A DNA stretch of 64,000 nt from Candidatus Aenigmatarchaeota archaeon (GTDB taxonomy: Archaea; Aenigmatarchaeota; Aenigmatarchaeia; CG10238-14; SCSR01), in the NCBI GenBank assembly GCA_016181005.1, contig JACPAE010000001.1, forward strand, positions 179,885-243,884. The letters are read 5' to 3'. Made by a program: the position numbers and the translations under genes. The stretch's first letter is position 1, and each line of letters opens with the position of its first letter. Below are positions 19,082-28,009 of the stretch, piece after piece. The notes under the pieces were generated by a model that was not told the DNA's origin, did no database searches, and was given only the letters and a program-made list of their open reading frames with translations.

Positions 19082-19242
19082 GTCTGAAAAGTCGTCTATG
19101 TCAGCTGGTTTGATTGTTACGTGGACGTCAAAAACGCCATCCTCCGGAGAAAGAACAACAGGATCGAATGTTATTGTCGTGGCTTGATATTTTGAAGGTA
19201 TAAAACCCTACATTAACTTGGGCGTTTCAAATATAAAAGGTT

Positions 19243-20604
19243 TTAATAAACATCGGGTAACACCTGCTGTATTGTATCCCCTCTTTTTGGGCCTGTCGAA
19301 ACTGTGGATACAGGAACGTCCAAATACCTGTGGATAAATTCTATGTATGCTTTCGCATTTCCGTCCAGTTTCTTGTAATCCGTCACACCGCTAGTATTGT
19401 TCCATCCAGGCAAAGTTTCGAATTGCGGGTCGACGTCGTAGAGAAGATTCGTGTTGCTAGGAAAATGTCCTGTCTTACCGTATCTAGTGCAAACCTTGAT
19501 TTCAGGCAGTCCGTCCAAAATATCCAGCTTTGTCACAGCAACAGAGTATCTGAACCTCTGCGGTCCGCCAACCACGTTTAGTGCGTACTGTGCAACCACA
19601 AGGTCTTGCCATCCTGCCCTTCTTGGTCTTCCTGTTGACGCACCATATTCCTTTCCCTTGGCTCTGATAAACTTCCCAACGGCTAGAGAGTCGCCTTTCA
19701 CAGCTCTTTCAATATCCTTTTCTGTCAATACCTCAGGATTATCCTTGCTTACGTTTTCGATGTCGGCCGCCGTTCCTAGTTCAGTTGGGAAAGGGCCTGC
19801 CCCCACCCTAGTAACATAAGCCTTCATCACACCGATAAAGTTGTCTATAGGAGGGATGCCTAGGGCACCAGTGTACGAGCCGCCAGGCACTGTGCTGGAA
19901 GAGGTTACATACGGGTAAGTTCCTGCGTCTAAATCCAAAAGCACAGCCTGTGCACCTTCCAATAATACATTAGCGCCCACGTTCTTCCTGAAAAATTCAA
20001 CAGTATCCTGAACAGACAAGTAACTTTGCAATTTTTTCAACAACGCTCTTTGCTCTTCCAGCAATTGCTCAGGGTCAAGTTCGAGACCGAATTCATCCGC
20101 ATGGATTCTGACATTTTGAATGAAACGGGCGCCGTCGTCAAGCAAATCCAGCACCCGAATGCCAGTCCTGTCAGCCTTCAGCATGTAAGCGACACCGATT
20201 CCTCTCCTAGTCGTCCCTATACCTCTCGAAAGTTCTTTCCTCTCTTCCACCTTGCTGTAATAAGGAAGTATAAGATGGGCCCTGTCAGACAGCACCAGTC
20301 TTTCAGGACTTGGAAAGACGCCTACAGAAAGCAAACCTTCCTTCCCTTCAATCTCACTGTAGAGAAGGTTGTTAAGATTCACTACCTCTCCATTGCCGAT
20401 GACATGTACTTTTCTATCATGCCTTATACTAGACGGAATGTTGTGCGATGCAACTTGGATCTCTTCATCGGTCACGACAGTATGACCAGCATTATCCCCG
20501 CCGTTGTAGCGGACTATAATGTCGTATTTTTCAGCCAGAATATCTACTATCTTTCCTTTGCCCTCGTCACCCCAATGCATGCCGAAGATTGCCGTGACTG
20601 TCAT
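19243..20604 (-). CDS. purA: Adenylosuccinate synthetase
   Basis: 453 aa. GDEGKGK P-loop and GGDNAGHTV motif. Confidence 0.9.
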   Translation of the reverse strand: MTVTAIFGMHWGDEGKGKIVDILAEKYDIIVRYNGGDNAGHTVVTDEEIQVASHNIPSSIRHDRKVHVIGNGEVVNLNNLLYSEIEGKEGLLSVGVFPSPERLVLSDRAHLILPYYSKVEERKELSRGIGTTRRGIGVAYMLKADRTGIRVLDLLDDGARFIQNVRIHADEFGLELDPEQLLEEQRALLKKLQSYLSVQDTVEFFRKNVGANVLLEGAQAVLLDLDAGTYPYVTSSSTVPGGSYTGALGIPPIDNFIGVMKAYVTRVGAGPFPTELGTAADIENVSKDNPEVLTEKDIERAVKGDSLAVGKFIRAKGKEYGASTGRPRRAGWQDLVVAQYALNVVGGPQRFRYSVAVTKLDILDGLPEIKVCTRYGKTGHFPSNTNLLYDVDPQFETLPGWNNTSGVTDYKKLDGNAKAYIEFIHRYLDVPVSTVSTGPKRGDTIQQVLPDVY

Positions 20605-22103
20605 CGGTATCCCGTTGCAGGTTTACCTCTACTTAATGTTATTGATAAAGGTGACATCACTTGCAAAATTGCATTAGCGTGCAATTCAGGAATGTTGGAA
20701 GAACCAGATTTTCTTATGCCATCCCTGATTTGCGCAAGCGCAGGCATTAAATGATTTCTCAAAGGACCGGTGTATGGTACTGTAGTCTCGAAACCTTCTT
20801 CAAATCTTGTATGGCCGTAACGTAGACCAGACCACTCTTGCGCCTTTCTAGAACCTTCACCCCAATAGCGTTTCACTTTAACTTCCATCCATTTACCATC
20901 AACTTCTCTTCTTTCAACATCTTCAGGTCCGTTGCTCTCTTCCGTTCCTGCAACATAACCCCCAGCCATTACATAATCAGCACCTAAAGCTAGTGCAACT
21001 TGGATATCGCCAGCGGACATTATCCCACCGTCTGAACAAATAGGTATGTAAGTACTTGTCTCGCTGTAATACGAATCTCTAGCTCTCGACACGTCCAAAA
21101 CAGCGCTGGCCTGCCCCCTACCAACTCTTATTTGTTCTTGAGTTATGCAGATAGATCCAGAACCCATACCAATTTTCACAGCGTCGGCCCCATTATCTAC
21201 CAAAAACCTGAAACCATCAGCTGTTACAATATTTCCAGCCACTACAGGAATATGTGGGAATTCTCTTTTCAAGTACCTTAGAGTTTTTTCAAGATATTCG
21301 GAATAACCCTGCGACGTATCTATAACTAGAAAGTCTGCTTCAGCATCTATCAGAGCTTTTGCTCTTTCAGCATAGTCGTGTGTATTTACTGCAGCACCTA
21401 CAGCATACCTCTTCGCATCATCCAAAAGTTCATAAGGGTTGTCTTCATGCGCTCTCATGTCCCTTCTAAATACTAATGACTTTAATCTTCCATCACTCGT
21501 TATTATAGGTAACACACTATGATGACCCTCTCTTAGCTTTCTGTTCGCCCTCTTTATATCATCCGTTATCTCATTCTCGTAGGCAACGTCCAACTCTTCC
21601 AAAGGTTTCATCCTTTCATACACTTTTGATGAGGCATGCACATCAATATCAAAATCATTATCTGTTAAAAGACCAAGCAGTCTTCCAGTAGGGGTGCCGT
21701 CTTCTGTTACTGGGAATTTGGAATATCCTGTCTCACGCATTCTTTCATAGGCATCTGAAATTGTAGCAGAAGGCAACAACACATCAGGAACCACGAATCC
21801 TGCTTTAACTCTTTTCACGTTTCTAACTAGCTTGGCTTCGTCCGCTATTGGTTGGCTACAATAGATTACACCTGCGCCGCCAAGCCTAGCTATTGCCGTT
21901 GCCATGGAGTCTCCAGTCACACTCTGCATGGCAGCAGTGAGTATAGGAATTCTTAATCGTATCGCATCCTCACCCTTTGTCAGGTTTACGGACAAGTCAA
22001 CATCATCGACAGAAATAGTTTCCTTAACTAGTCCGGGAAGCAACAAGTATTCTTGCAACGTCCTAGAAAAATAAGATTCGGAATCTATTATAGTTCCAGC
22101 CAT
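20601..22103 (-). CDS. guaB: IMP dehydrogenase with CBS pair
   Basis: 500 aa. Catalytic loop GSICITQEQIRVGRGQASAV. Overlaps purA by 4 nt. Confidence 0.9.
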   Translation of the reverse strand: MAGTIIDSESYFSRTLQEYLLLPGLVKETISVDDVDLSVNLTKGEDAIRLRIPILTAAMQSVTGDSMATAIARLGGAGVIYCSQPIADEAKLVRNVKRVKAGFVVPDVLLPSATISDAYERMRETGYSKFPVTEDGTPTGRLLGLLTDNDFDIDVHASSKVYERMKPLEELDVAYENEITDDIKRANRKLREGHHSVLPIITSDGRLKSLVFRRDMRAHEDNPYELLDDAKRYAVGAAVNTHDYAERAKALIDAEADFLVIDTSQGYSEYLEKTLRYLKREFPHIPVVAGNIVTADGFRFLVDNGADAVKIGMGSGSICITQEQIRVGRGQASAVLDVSRARDSYYSETSTYIPICSDGGIMSAGDIQVALALGADYVMAGGYVAGTEESNGPEDVERREVDGKWMEVKVKRYWGEGSRKAQEWSGLRYGHTRFEEGFETTVPYTGPLRNHLMPALAQIRDGIRKSGSSNIPELHANAILQVMSPLSITLSRGKPATGYR

Positions 22104-22134
22104 AGAATATTAGTGGAGATTAAAAAATAAATCC

Positions 22135-22248
22135 TTATCGTCTCTTTCGTTTCTTCCTGCAGTTCTTGCATAGCCATAAATAGCCAGACTTGAAGAGCTT
22201 TCCAACCTCTTTCACAGAACCCTTACAATTATCGCAGTGAGTATGCAC
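22135..22248 (-). CDS. Small zinc-ribbon protein with basic tail. Possibly an L24e/TRASH-like ribosomal or RNA-binding protein.
   Basis: GTG-initiated 37-aa ORF VHTHCDNCKGSVKEVGKLFKSGYLWLCKNCRKKRKRR. Lies between guaB and map. Not in the ORF track. Confidence 0.35.
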   Translation of the reverse strand: MHTHCDNCKGSVKEVGKLFKSGYLWLCKNCRKKRKRR

Positions 22249-22280
22249 AATTTATAGTTTTGTTTCAAACAATATAAAGC

Positions 22281-23144
22281 TCATTTCACTATAACGCTCT
22301 TCTCGGTGACAGCCACCATACCGTTGCTTTCCTCCTTTAGGGGAGGGTATTCCATCAGGGCCCCCGCATCTGTCAGCTGCTTTAATGCCATGTCGATTTT
22401 CAGCGGGGAGATGTCCGTTATCCACCTCTGTGTGAATGGCAGCTTCTCAAATTTTCCTTGTGCCATCTCCAGAATCTTCCTTGCTTCCCACATCCTTACA
22501 GGAGCATCCCTCAAGAACTGGAAAATTCCTGTAGGCGATGATTCTACCACAAAGCCGCTACCGTCTGTCACGAAGACCTCCATCGCGTAAACCTTGCCAG
22601 CCTCTATTTCGTCCTGTATTTTGTTCTTCCCGTTCGGAATGGAAGGATCAGCATGCTGGCTGTACCTGTCCACCCTATGTCCTGCAAGGTTCCGGATGAC
22701 ATTAAACCCGAGCCCGTTGACAGTTTCCTCACAAACATCGGAAATCTCCCACACCTTTGTTCCAGGTTTGAACAGTTTCAAAGTCTCCTCAAGTGCCTTT
22801 TCAGAAGCTTCAATTAACGGATGCGACTTTTTGCCTATGCAAATCGTAAACGCCCTGTCGCACGGATATCCGTCGACCTGGACACCAATATCCACCTTGG
22901 CCATGTCACCCTCCTTCAAAATCAGTGAATCGTTTCTGCTGGGCGTGTAGTGCGCTGCAATTTCATTTATCGAGATGTTTACAGGCCAGGCTGGCTTGCC
23001 GCCGAGTTCTCTAATCTTATTTTCTATTGTCTCGGCCAACTCCAACGCATGTGCATTCTCCTTGGCGCATTCCCGCGCAAATTCTATAACCTCGTTGGAA
23101 ATTGAGAACGCTCTTTCATAAGATTCCAATTCCTCATTTTCCAT
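22281..23144 (-). CDS. map: Methionine aminopeptidase, archaeal type 2
   Basis: 287 aa with M24 fold residues (DIGVQVDGYPCD; HxxxH region). Confidence 0.85.
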   Translation of the reverse strand: MENEELESYERAFSISNEVIEFARECAKENAHALELAETIENKIRELGGKPAWPVNISINEIAAHYTPSRNDSLILKEGDMAKVDIGVQVDGYPCDRAFTICIGKKSHPLIEASEKALEETLKLFKPGTKVWEISDVCEETVNGLGFNVIRNLAGHRVDRYSQHADPSIPNGKNKIQDEIEAGKVYAMEVFVTDGSGFVVESSPTGIFQFLRDAPVRMWEARKILEMAQGKFEKLPFTQRWITDISPLKIDMALKQLTDAGALMEYPPLKEESNGMVAVTEKSVIVK

Positions 23145-23180
23145 ACAACCACTTTTATATCCGACCGACTAAATCTATTA

Positions 23181-23795
23181 ATGGTCTTAAGGTTAAATTG
23201 GACAATTTCTTTTTTCATAGCGTGCGTAGCAGTGTTTTTCCTGCAAATACTTCTGCCGATAGACTGGGAGATGTTTTCATTCACGCCTGCGTTGGCAATG
23301 GAAAGGCCATGGACATTTGTCACGGCGATGTTCATGCATGCGAACATTACCCATCTTTTCTTTAACATGTTCGTGCTTTTGATGTTCGGGCTTATGCTCG
23401 AAAACATCATAGGCCACACAAAGTATGCAATAATCTATTTCACGTCAGGCATAATCGGGAGCATAGGCTATCTCCTTACGGCAAGCAGCTCAATGATACC
23501 TGCGGTAGGTGCGAGCGGGGCGATATACGGCATTATGGGAACTATGGCAGTTTTGATGCCTTTCCAGATGGTCTGGGTTTTCGGGTTCTTCCCTATGCCT
23601 ATGGTAGTCGCAGCAGCTTTCTGGGTTCTTTCAGAATTTATTGGTTTGTTCGCTCCAGGAAATATCGCGCACGGGGCTCACCTCGGAGGCCTTTTCATGG
23701 GATTTTTGTCCGGCGCATACTTGAGATGGCGATACATGAAACACCAAAAAAGGCGGAGAGTTGGAATAACAGGCTATGCCGACTGGGAAATGTGA
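23181..23795 (+). CDS. Rhomboid-family intramembrane serine protease
   Basis: 204 aa. GASGAIYG catalytic Ser motif and AHGAHLGG His in a 6-TM protein. Confidence 0.8.
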   Translation: MVLRLNWTISFFIACVAVFFLQILLPIDWEMFSFTPALAMERPWTFVTAMFMHANITHLFFNMFVLLMFGLMLENIIGHTKYAIIYFTSGIIGSIGYLLTASSSMIPAVGASGAIYGIMGTMAVLMPFQMVWVFGFFPMPMVVAAAFWVLSEFIGLFAPGNIAHGAHLGGLFMGFLSGAYLRWRYMKHQKRRRVGITGYADWEM

Positions 23796-24142
23796 TGTGC
23801 GGTCTTTTTAAGAGTGTAGAACAAACAATATTTATTGTAAATGTCATCCCAAACCTTAATGAGCATTATGTATGTACTAGGTTTTGTTAAGGTTAACTTC
23901 TCGATCAGATGCTGATTGGGGATGATTCCTTTTCTCAAATTTTCTGGATGACCCAAAAGTTCTAATTTATCATTGGTCTTCGCTAGGTTGAGATAGGATA
24001 GCTGGAACCCCTTGGAACGCCGATCTTGTAACAATTCTTCAGCTGTCCCTCAAAAATCCTTATGGTTGATAGATATGGGAAACAAAACTTGGGTAAGACT
24101 GGTGCTTACAAAATACAGAAGTAGGAAAGACAGGAAATAGAA

Positions 24143-24229
24143 TTATCGCCGCTTTCTAGCCCTTTTTCTCCTTCTCATTCTCTGCTTCTTGGTTTTTCTC
24201 CTTCGTCGTCTTTTTTCTCCCGATGCCAT
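24143..24229 (-). CDS. Highly basic 28-aa peptide, ribosomal-protein-L41e-like
   Basis: MASGEKRRRRRKTKKQRMRRRKRARKRR. Lies about 20 nt downstream of ogg. Not in the ORF track. Confidence 0.35.
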   Translation of the reverse strand: MASGEKRRRRRKTKKQRMRRRKRARKRR

Positions 24230-24249
24230 AGCAATTAACTTTGTTTTCC

Positions 24250-24891
24250 TTACTTAAAAATCATTCCAGTTTCCTTCGACCAAAGAACTATGTCCAGTTC
24301 GTCCAATGTTATCCCCAATTTATCTGCGAAATTTTTCATCTTACTTTCTATTTCCAAATATTTCTTCTCTGTTAGGGACTTTGGTATCTCATCAATCACA
24401 CCAAGTTCCTTCAGGTTCTTCAGTATATGCACATCCAATATCGCAAGCTGATTGTTGCTCAAGCCTATATTCCTAATAAAATGCGAACTCTCCTTCAGTC
24501 CACATCCTTTGACATTTTCCCTCACCCATTCCCTCAAGGAGGTCGGATCATCAGCAAGTTTCATTAGTTCACTTTTCAAAGCCAGTTTCCCGTTAGATGT
24601 GAATTTCCTCCTAGCATCCACTATCCGCGACGCTTTCTGTTCATTGAACCTTACAGCATTCAAAAACGGTTTTATTTGGTCTTCATTTCCAGTAAACAGC
24701 ATTCTATTTTCAACCAAACTTTTTATCGCACTCCATGCGCTTGTCGCTTTTGACTGGGGTGTGCATATACAGAATGCAAGTTCGGCAAAAACTTTTTCAT
24801 CCGATTTATCCAATACAGACTTGAATTCATCCAATCTTTTCCTAATCTCATCCTTTCTTCTCTCATGCAGTTGCACAAGTTCTTTACTCAC
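24250..24891 (-). CDS. ogg: N-glycosylase/DNA lyase (archaeal Ogg2-type 8-oxoguanine DNA glycosylase)
   Basis: 213 aa. HhH-GPD-like region ELAFCICTPQSKA with downstream Lys and Asp. Confidence 0.65.
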   Translation of the reverse strand: MSKELVQLHERRKDEIRKRLDEFKSVLDKSDEKVFAELAFCICTPQSKATSAWSAIKSLVENRMLFTGNEDQIKPFLNAVRFNEQKASRIVDARRKFTSNGKLALKSELMKLADDPTSLREWVRENVKGCGLKESSHFIRNIGLSNNQLAILDVHILKNLKELGVIDEIPKSLTEKKYLEIESKMKNFADKLGITLDELDIVLWSKETGMIFK

Positions 24892-25354
24892 TAAACCGCC
24901 TTCTAAAATACTTCCAGAATTTTGACCTAAAGTTTAAAAATCGTTTGCTGAATCCGAAGATGTATATAAGCAAAAGCCCGCCTATTATCTCAGAGATTAC
25001 AATATATGGTGTTAGCTGGATTCCAAACGCACACGTATCTATGAACGAGTATTGTTTGAAAGGGTAAAAGAGGGGTATATCACTGTTTAAATCCTCTATA
25101 AGGTGAAATATCACACCCAGCGATACAGCAACTGCAACTTTCTTGTTTCTTGTAATCGCATATGTGGCAAGCCCTGCTATTGGGAAGAAAAATATAGTGT
25201 GTGCCAAGAATCTTGTGCACGGAAACCAGCCAATCAAGAACAATCCCTTGTCGATTATGTCCGGCAGCAAAGCTCCGAATATTGCCGCTAGTGCTGGAAG
25301 GAATAGCATTGAAGCAACTAGTGCCGTTATTCCTGCATGCCCTAGAATAAGCAT
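24884..25354 (-). CDS. Membrane-bound metal-dependent hydrolase-like protein (DUF457/YdjM-like)
   Basis: 156 aa. Multi-TM with His residues. Confidence 0.4.
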   Translation of the reverse strand: MLILGHAGITALVASMLFLPALAAIFGALLPDIIDKGLFLIGWFPCTRFLAHTIFFFPIAGLATYAITRNKKVAVAVSLGVIFHLIEDLNSDIPLFYPFKQYSFIDTCAFGIQLTPYIVISEIIGGLLLIYIFGFSKRFLNFRSKFWKYFRRRFSE

Positions 25355-25942
25355 TCAATCACTTTTAGATACACGTGGCTTAAGCTTATTAGATTTGATG
25401 AATTTTAAAATTTTCTCAACTGTCTGGTTTATTGTCAGATTGGAACTGTCTATAATCAAATCTGCAATCTTTTTCTGGCTCATATAATCAAACCCATAAA
25501 TATTTTTAAATAGCTTTATTTCAGTAGCTTCCCTTTCTAAAACCTTTTTCAACGCTTTGGTAACAGGGACATTGTCTCTTTTGGAGGTCCTCTCCGCACG
25601 TTTTCTTTTCGATGCATAAACCCAAATTTTATGATCGGCAATGTTTTTCAAAAAATGTATAGACAGGCTTCCTTCCAGTACAATATTTCCTTTTCTTGCC
25701 TTTCCAATTTGCAATTCGTCAATTCTTTCGTGCAAACTTTTACTCGTACCTCTTTTTGTCTTAAGAAAAGATATTGCAGCCTCCGTTTCATTTTTCTTTC
25801 CAGACATTTTTTTGAAGTATTTCCCGGGAGAGAAGTATTTCATTTTCAACTTCTTTGCTACAAATCCACCAACAGTAGAAGCTCCAGAACCCGGTGGGCC
25901 CGATATAGCAATCACTAGTTTTCTCATATAATGTGTTGGCAC
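25355..25942 (-). CDS. cmk: Cytidylate kinase, archaeal type
   Basis: 195 aa. P-loop ISGPPGSGAST plus NIVLEGSLS, RKRAERTSKRDNVP and NIYGFD, matching archaeal Cmk. Confidence 0.85.
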   Translation of the reverse strand: MPTHYMRKLVIAISGPPGSGASTVGGFVAKKLKMKYFSPGKYFKKMSGKKNETEAAISFLKTKRGTSKSLHERIDELQIGKARKGNIVLEGSLSIHFLKNIADHKIWVYASKRKRAERTSKRDNVPVTKALKKVLEREATEIKLFKNIYGFDYMSQKKIADLIIDSSNLTINQTVEKILKFIKSNKLKPRVSKSD

Positions 25943-25966
25943 AGCTAAGAAAAATAGTTTGTCATT

Positions 25967-26287
25967 TTATCCAAGAAGCCTGATCTCTATCTTCACACTC
26001 TGTGGTATGTTTACCCTCATTATCTGCCTTAAGACTCTGTCATCTGCCTGAACGTCGAGTACCCTCTTATGAATGCGCATTTCGAACTTATCCCAAGTCG
26101 CGTTACCGTGGCCAGTTCCGTCGCCAGATGGGGTCTTTAGTGTTGTTATTCTCATTCTCTTTGTCGGCAAAGGAATCGGACCTCGGTAATCAATGCCAAA
26201 TTTTTTGGCAATCTCCCTGATCTCAGCACAAATTGTATCCAATTCCTGCGAATCTTTGCTGCTGAGCTTTATTCTTGCAGTCTGCAT
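25967..26287 (-). CDS. rps10: Ribosomal protein S10
   Basis: 106 aa. IRLSSKDSQELD...GPIPLPTKRMRITTLKTP is the S10 signature. Confidence 0.9.
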   Translation of the reverse strand: MQTARIKLSSKDSQELDTICAEIREIAKKFGIDYRGPIPLPTKRMRITTLKTPSGDGTGHGNATWDKFEMRIHKRVLDVQADDRVLRQIMRVNIPQSVKIEIRLLG

Positions 26288-26340
26288 AACCAGTTAATTG
26301 ACAGGTGTAATTTAAATTCTTTTCGTAAGCAAGAATTAGA

Positions 26341-27621
26341 TTACTTGGCCTTGACCACATCCAAAACTACGCCAGCAGCGACAGTCATTCCCATGTCCCT
26401 GATTGCAAACCTTGCCAAATGCGGGAACTCCGACTGCTTCTCCAAAACCATCGGCTTCAACGGCTTTACCTTTATTCGTGCAGCGTCTCCAGTTTTGATA
26501 AAGTCAGGCTTTTCCTGAACAACCTGCCCAGTCTTCGGGTCAAGCTTTGCAGTTATTTCTTCAATCGTGCATGCAATAGCCGCTGTATGCGCGTGGAATA
26601 CCGGAGTGTAACCGGCTGTTATCACTGTCGGATGCTGCAAAACTACAATCTGTGCTGTGAATTCCTTGACAACCGTTGGCGGGTTGTTCGGATGACCGGC
26701 AACATCACCTTTCTTTATCTGGGACTTGTCAACGCCTCTAACGTTGAATCCTACGTTGTCACCAGGCTTTGCTTCAGGCAATTGCTGATGGTGTATTTCT
26801 ATGCTTTTTACTTCACCCACTACACCTGATGGTTCAAAAACTATCTTGTCGTTCAGCTTCATGACGCCTGTCGCAACCTTGCCAACTGGAACTGTTCCAA
26901 CTCCTGTAATCGAGTAAACATCCTGGATAGGCATCCTCAGCGGCTTGTCGGTCAGCTTTGCAGGCTCTTTCACATGCTGGTCCAACGCCTCAATCAATGT
27001 CGGTCCGTTGTACCATGACATCTTGTCCGACTTTTTAGCTACATTGTCGCCGACATAAGCAGAAACTGGAACGAATGGAACTTCCTCGATTTTGTATCCA
27101 ACGCCTTTCAGCAGGTTCGTAACATCATTCTTTATTTCATCAAATCTCTTCTGGTCGTAATTTGCAGCGTCCATCTTGTTGAGTGTGACAATCAATTGGC
27201 TTATCCCCAAAACCTTCATCAGCCAGACGTGCTCCTTTGTTTGGTCTTGCACACCCTCGCCAGGTTTGGCAGAGACAACAAGAATGCCAACATCAGCCTG
27301 CGAAGCGCCTGTAATCATGTTCTTGACGAAATCCCTGTGCCCAGGAGCGTCGATAATAGTGAAATACCATTTCTGCGTCTCGAAAGGTCTGTGCATGATG
27401 TCAATTGTAACTCCCCTTTCTCTCTCCTCCTTTGCCTTGTCCATGACGAATGCGAATTCAAATGTCTCCTTCTTCAGCTCAGTAGCCAGCTCCTTGAGCT
27501 TTCTCATCTCCTCTTCCCTGATGGCGCCAGTGTCGTACAACAGCCTGCCTACTAGGGTAGACTTGCCTGCGTCTACGTGGCCTGCTGTTAATAGATTGAT
27601 ATGAGGTTTGCTAATTACCAT
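26341..27621 (-). CDS. tuf: Elongation factor 1-alpha
   Basis: 426 aa. [10 protein letters not shown]-loop, DAPGHRDF and NKMD motifs. Confidence 0.95.
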   Translation of the reverse strand: MVISKPHINLLTAGHVDAGKSTLVGRLLYDTGAIREEEMRKLKELATELKKETFEFAFVMDKAKEERERGVTIDIMHRPFETQKWYFTIIDAPGHRDFVKNMITGASQADVGILVVSAKPGEGVQDQTKEHVWLMKVLGISQLIVTLNKMDAANYDQKRFDEIKNDVTNLLKGVGYKIEEVPFVPVSAYVGDNVAKKSDKMSWYNGPTLIEALDQHVKEPAKLTDKPLRMPIQDVYSITGVGTVPVGKVATGVMKLNDKIVFEPSGVVGEVKSIEIHHQQLPEAKPGDNVGFNVRGVDKSQIKKGDVAGHPNNPPTVVKEFTAQIVVLQHPTVITAGYTPVFHAHTAAIACTIEEITAKLDPKTGQVVQEKPDFIKTGDAARIKVKPLKPMVLEKQSEFPHLARFAIRDMGMTVAAGVVLDVVKAK

Positions 27622-27692
27622 TTCTTCACCGAATTTTGCTTTAATCTAATTTAAAAGATAGGTTTAAATAAATTACTTTAAACTAACATAAC

Positions 27693-27998
27693 ATGCCTTA
27701 TAGACTATATAACAGTTTGAGGTCAGACGTTATGCATATTATGGATGGCGCAAAACAACTTGATTTAGACGGTTTAGGGCCAAGTCATTATGCCCGCATT
27801 TATCGCAAAATAGAAGATTTTAAAACATTGGGTATTATTGCAGGAGATCCCGTGAGGGTTGGAGTGTCAGTTTTTTATGGAAATCGTAGTCGGGGCTCCC
27901 AAATAACAGTATATCCAGTTAATTTAGAAAGAGCTAACTATTGTTTAAGAAGACTAGATGGACTAGGTAAACGTCGAATTGTTCTAGACGAAATTTAA
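27693..27998 (+). CDS. Hypothetical protein
   Basis: 101-aa ORF between tuf and fusA on the opposite strand. Confidence 0.3.
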   Translation: MPYRLYNSLRSDVMHIMDGAKQLDLDGLGPSHYARIYRKIEDFKTLGIIAGDPVRVGVSVFYGNRSRGSQITVYPVNLERANYCLRRLDGLGKRRIVLDEI

Positions 27999-28009
27999 GA
28001 AAAATTTAA

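Larger units (their letters stand above)
12160..19240. mobile_element. Putative accessory island or integrated-element remnant: AT-rich, small hypothetical ORFs, VapBC, several wHTH regulators, shared promoter motif, iteron-like repeats
   Basis: Composition visibly more AT-rich than the flanks. Gene content is non-housekeeping. No integrase or att site found inside. Confidence 0.35.

Noticed and set aside
23796-24140. Roughly 350-bp ORF-poor intergenic stretch after the rhomboid gene, considered as possible SRP RNA or RNase P RNA
   Set aside because: I could not find the conserved SRP helix-8 or RNase P P4 (GGAAAGTCC) signatures by eye. The listed 86-aa ORF there looks spurious. Left unassigned.
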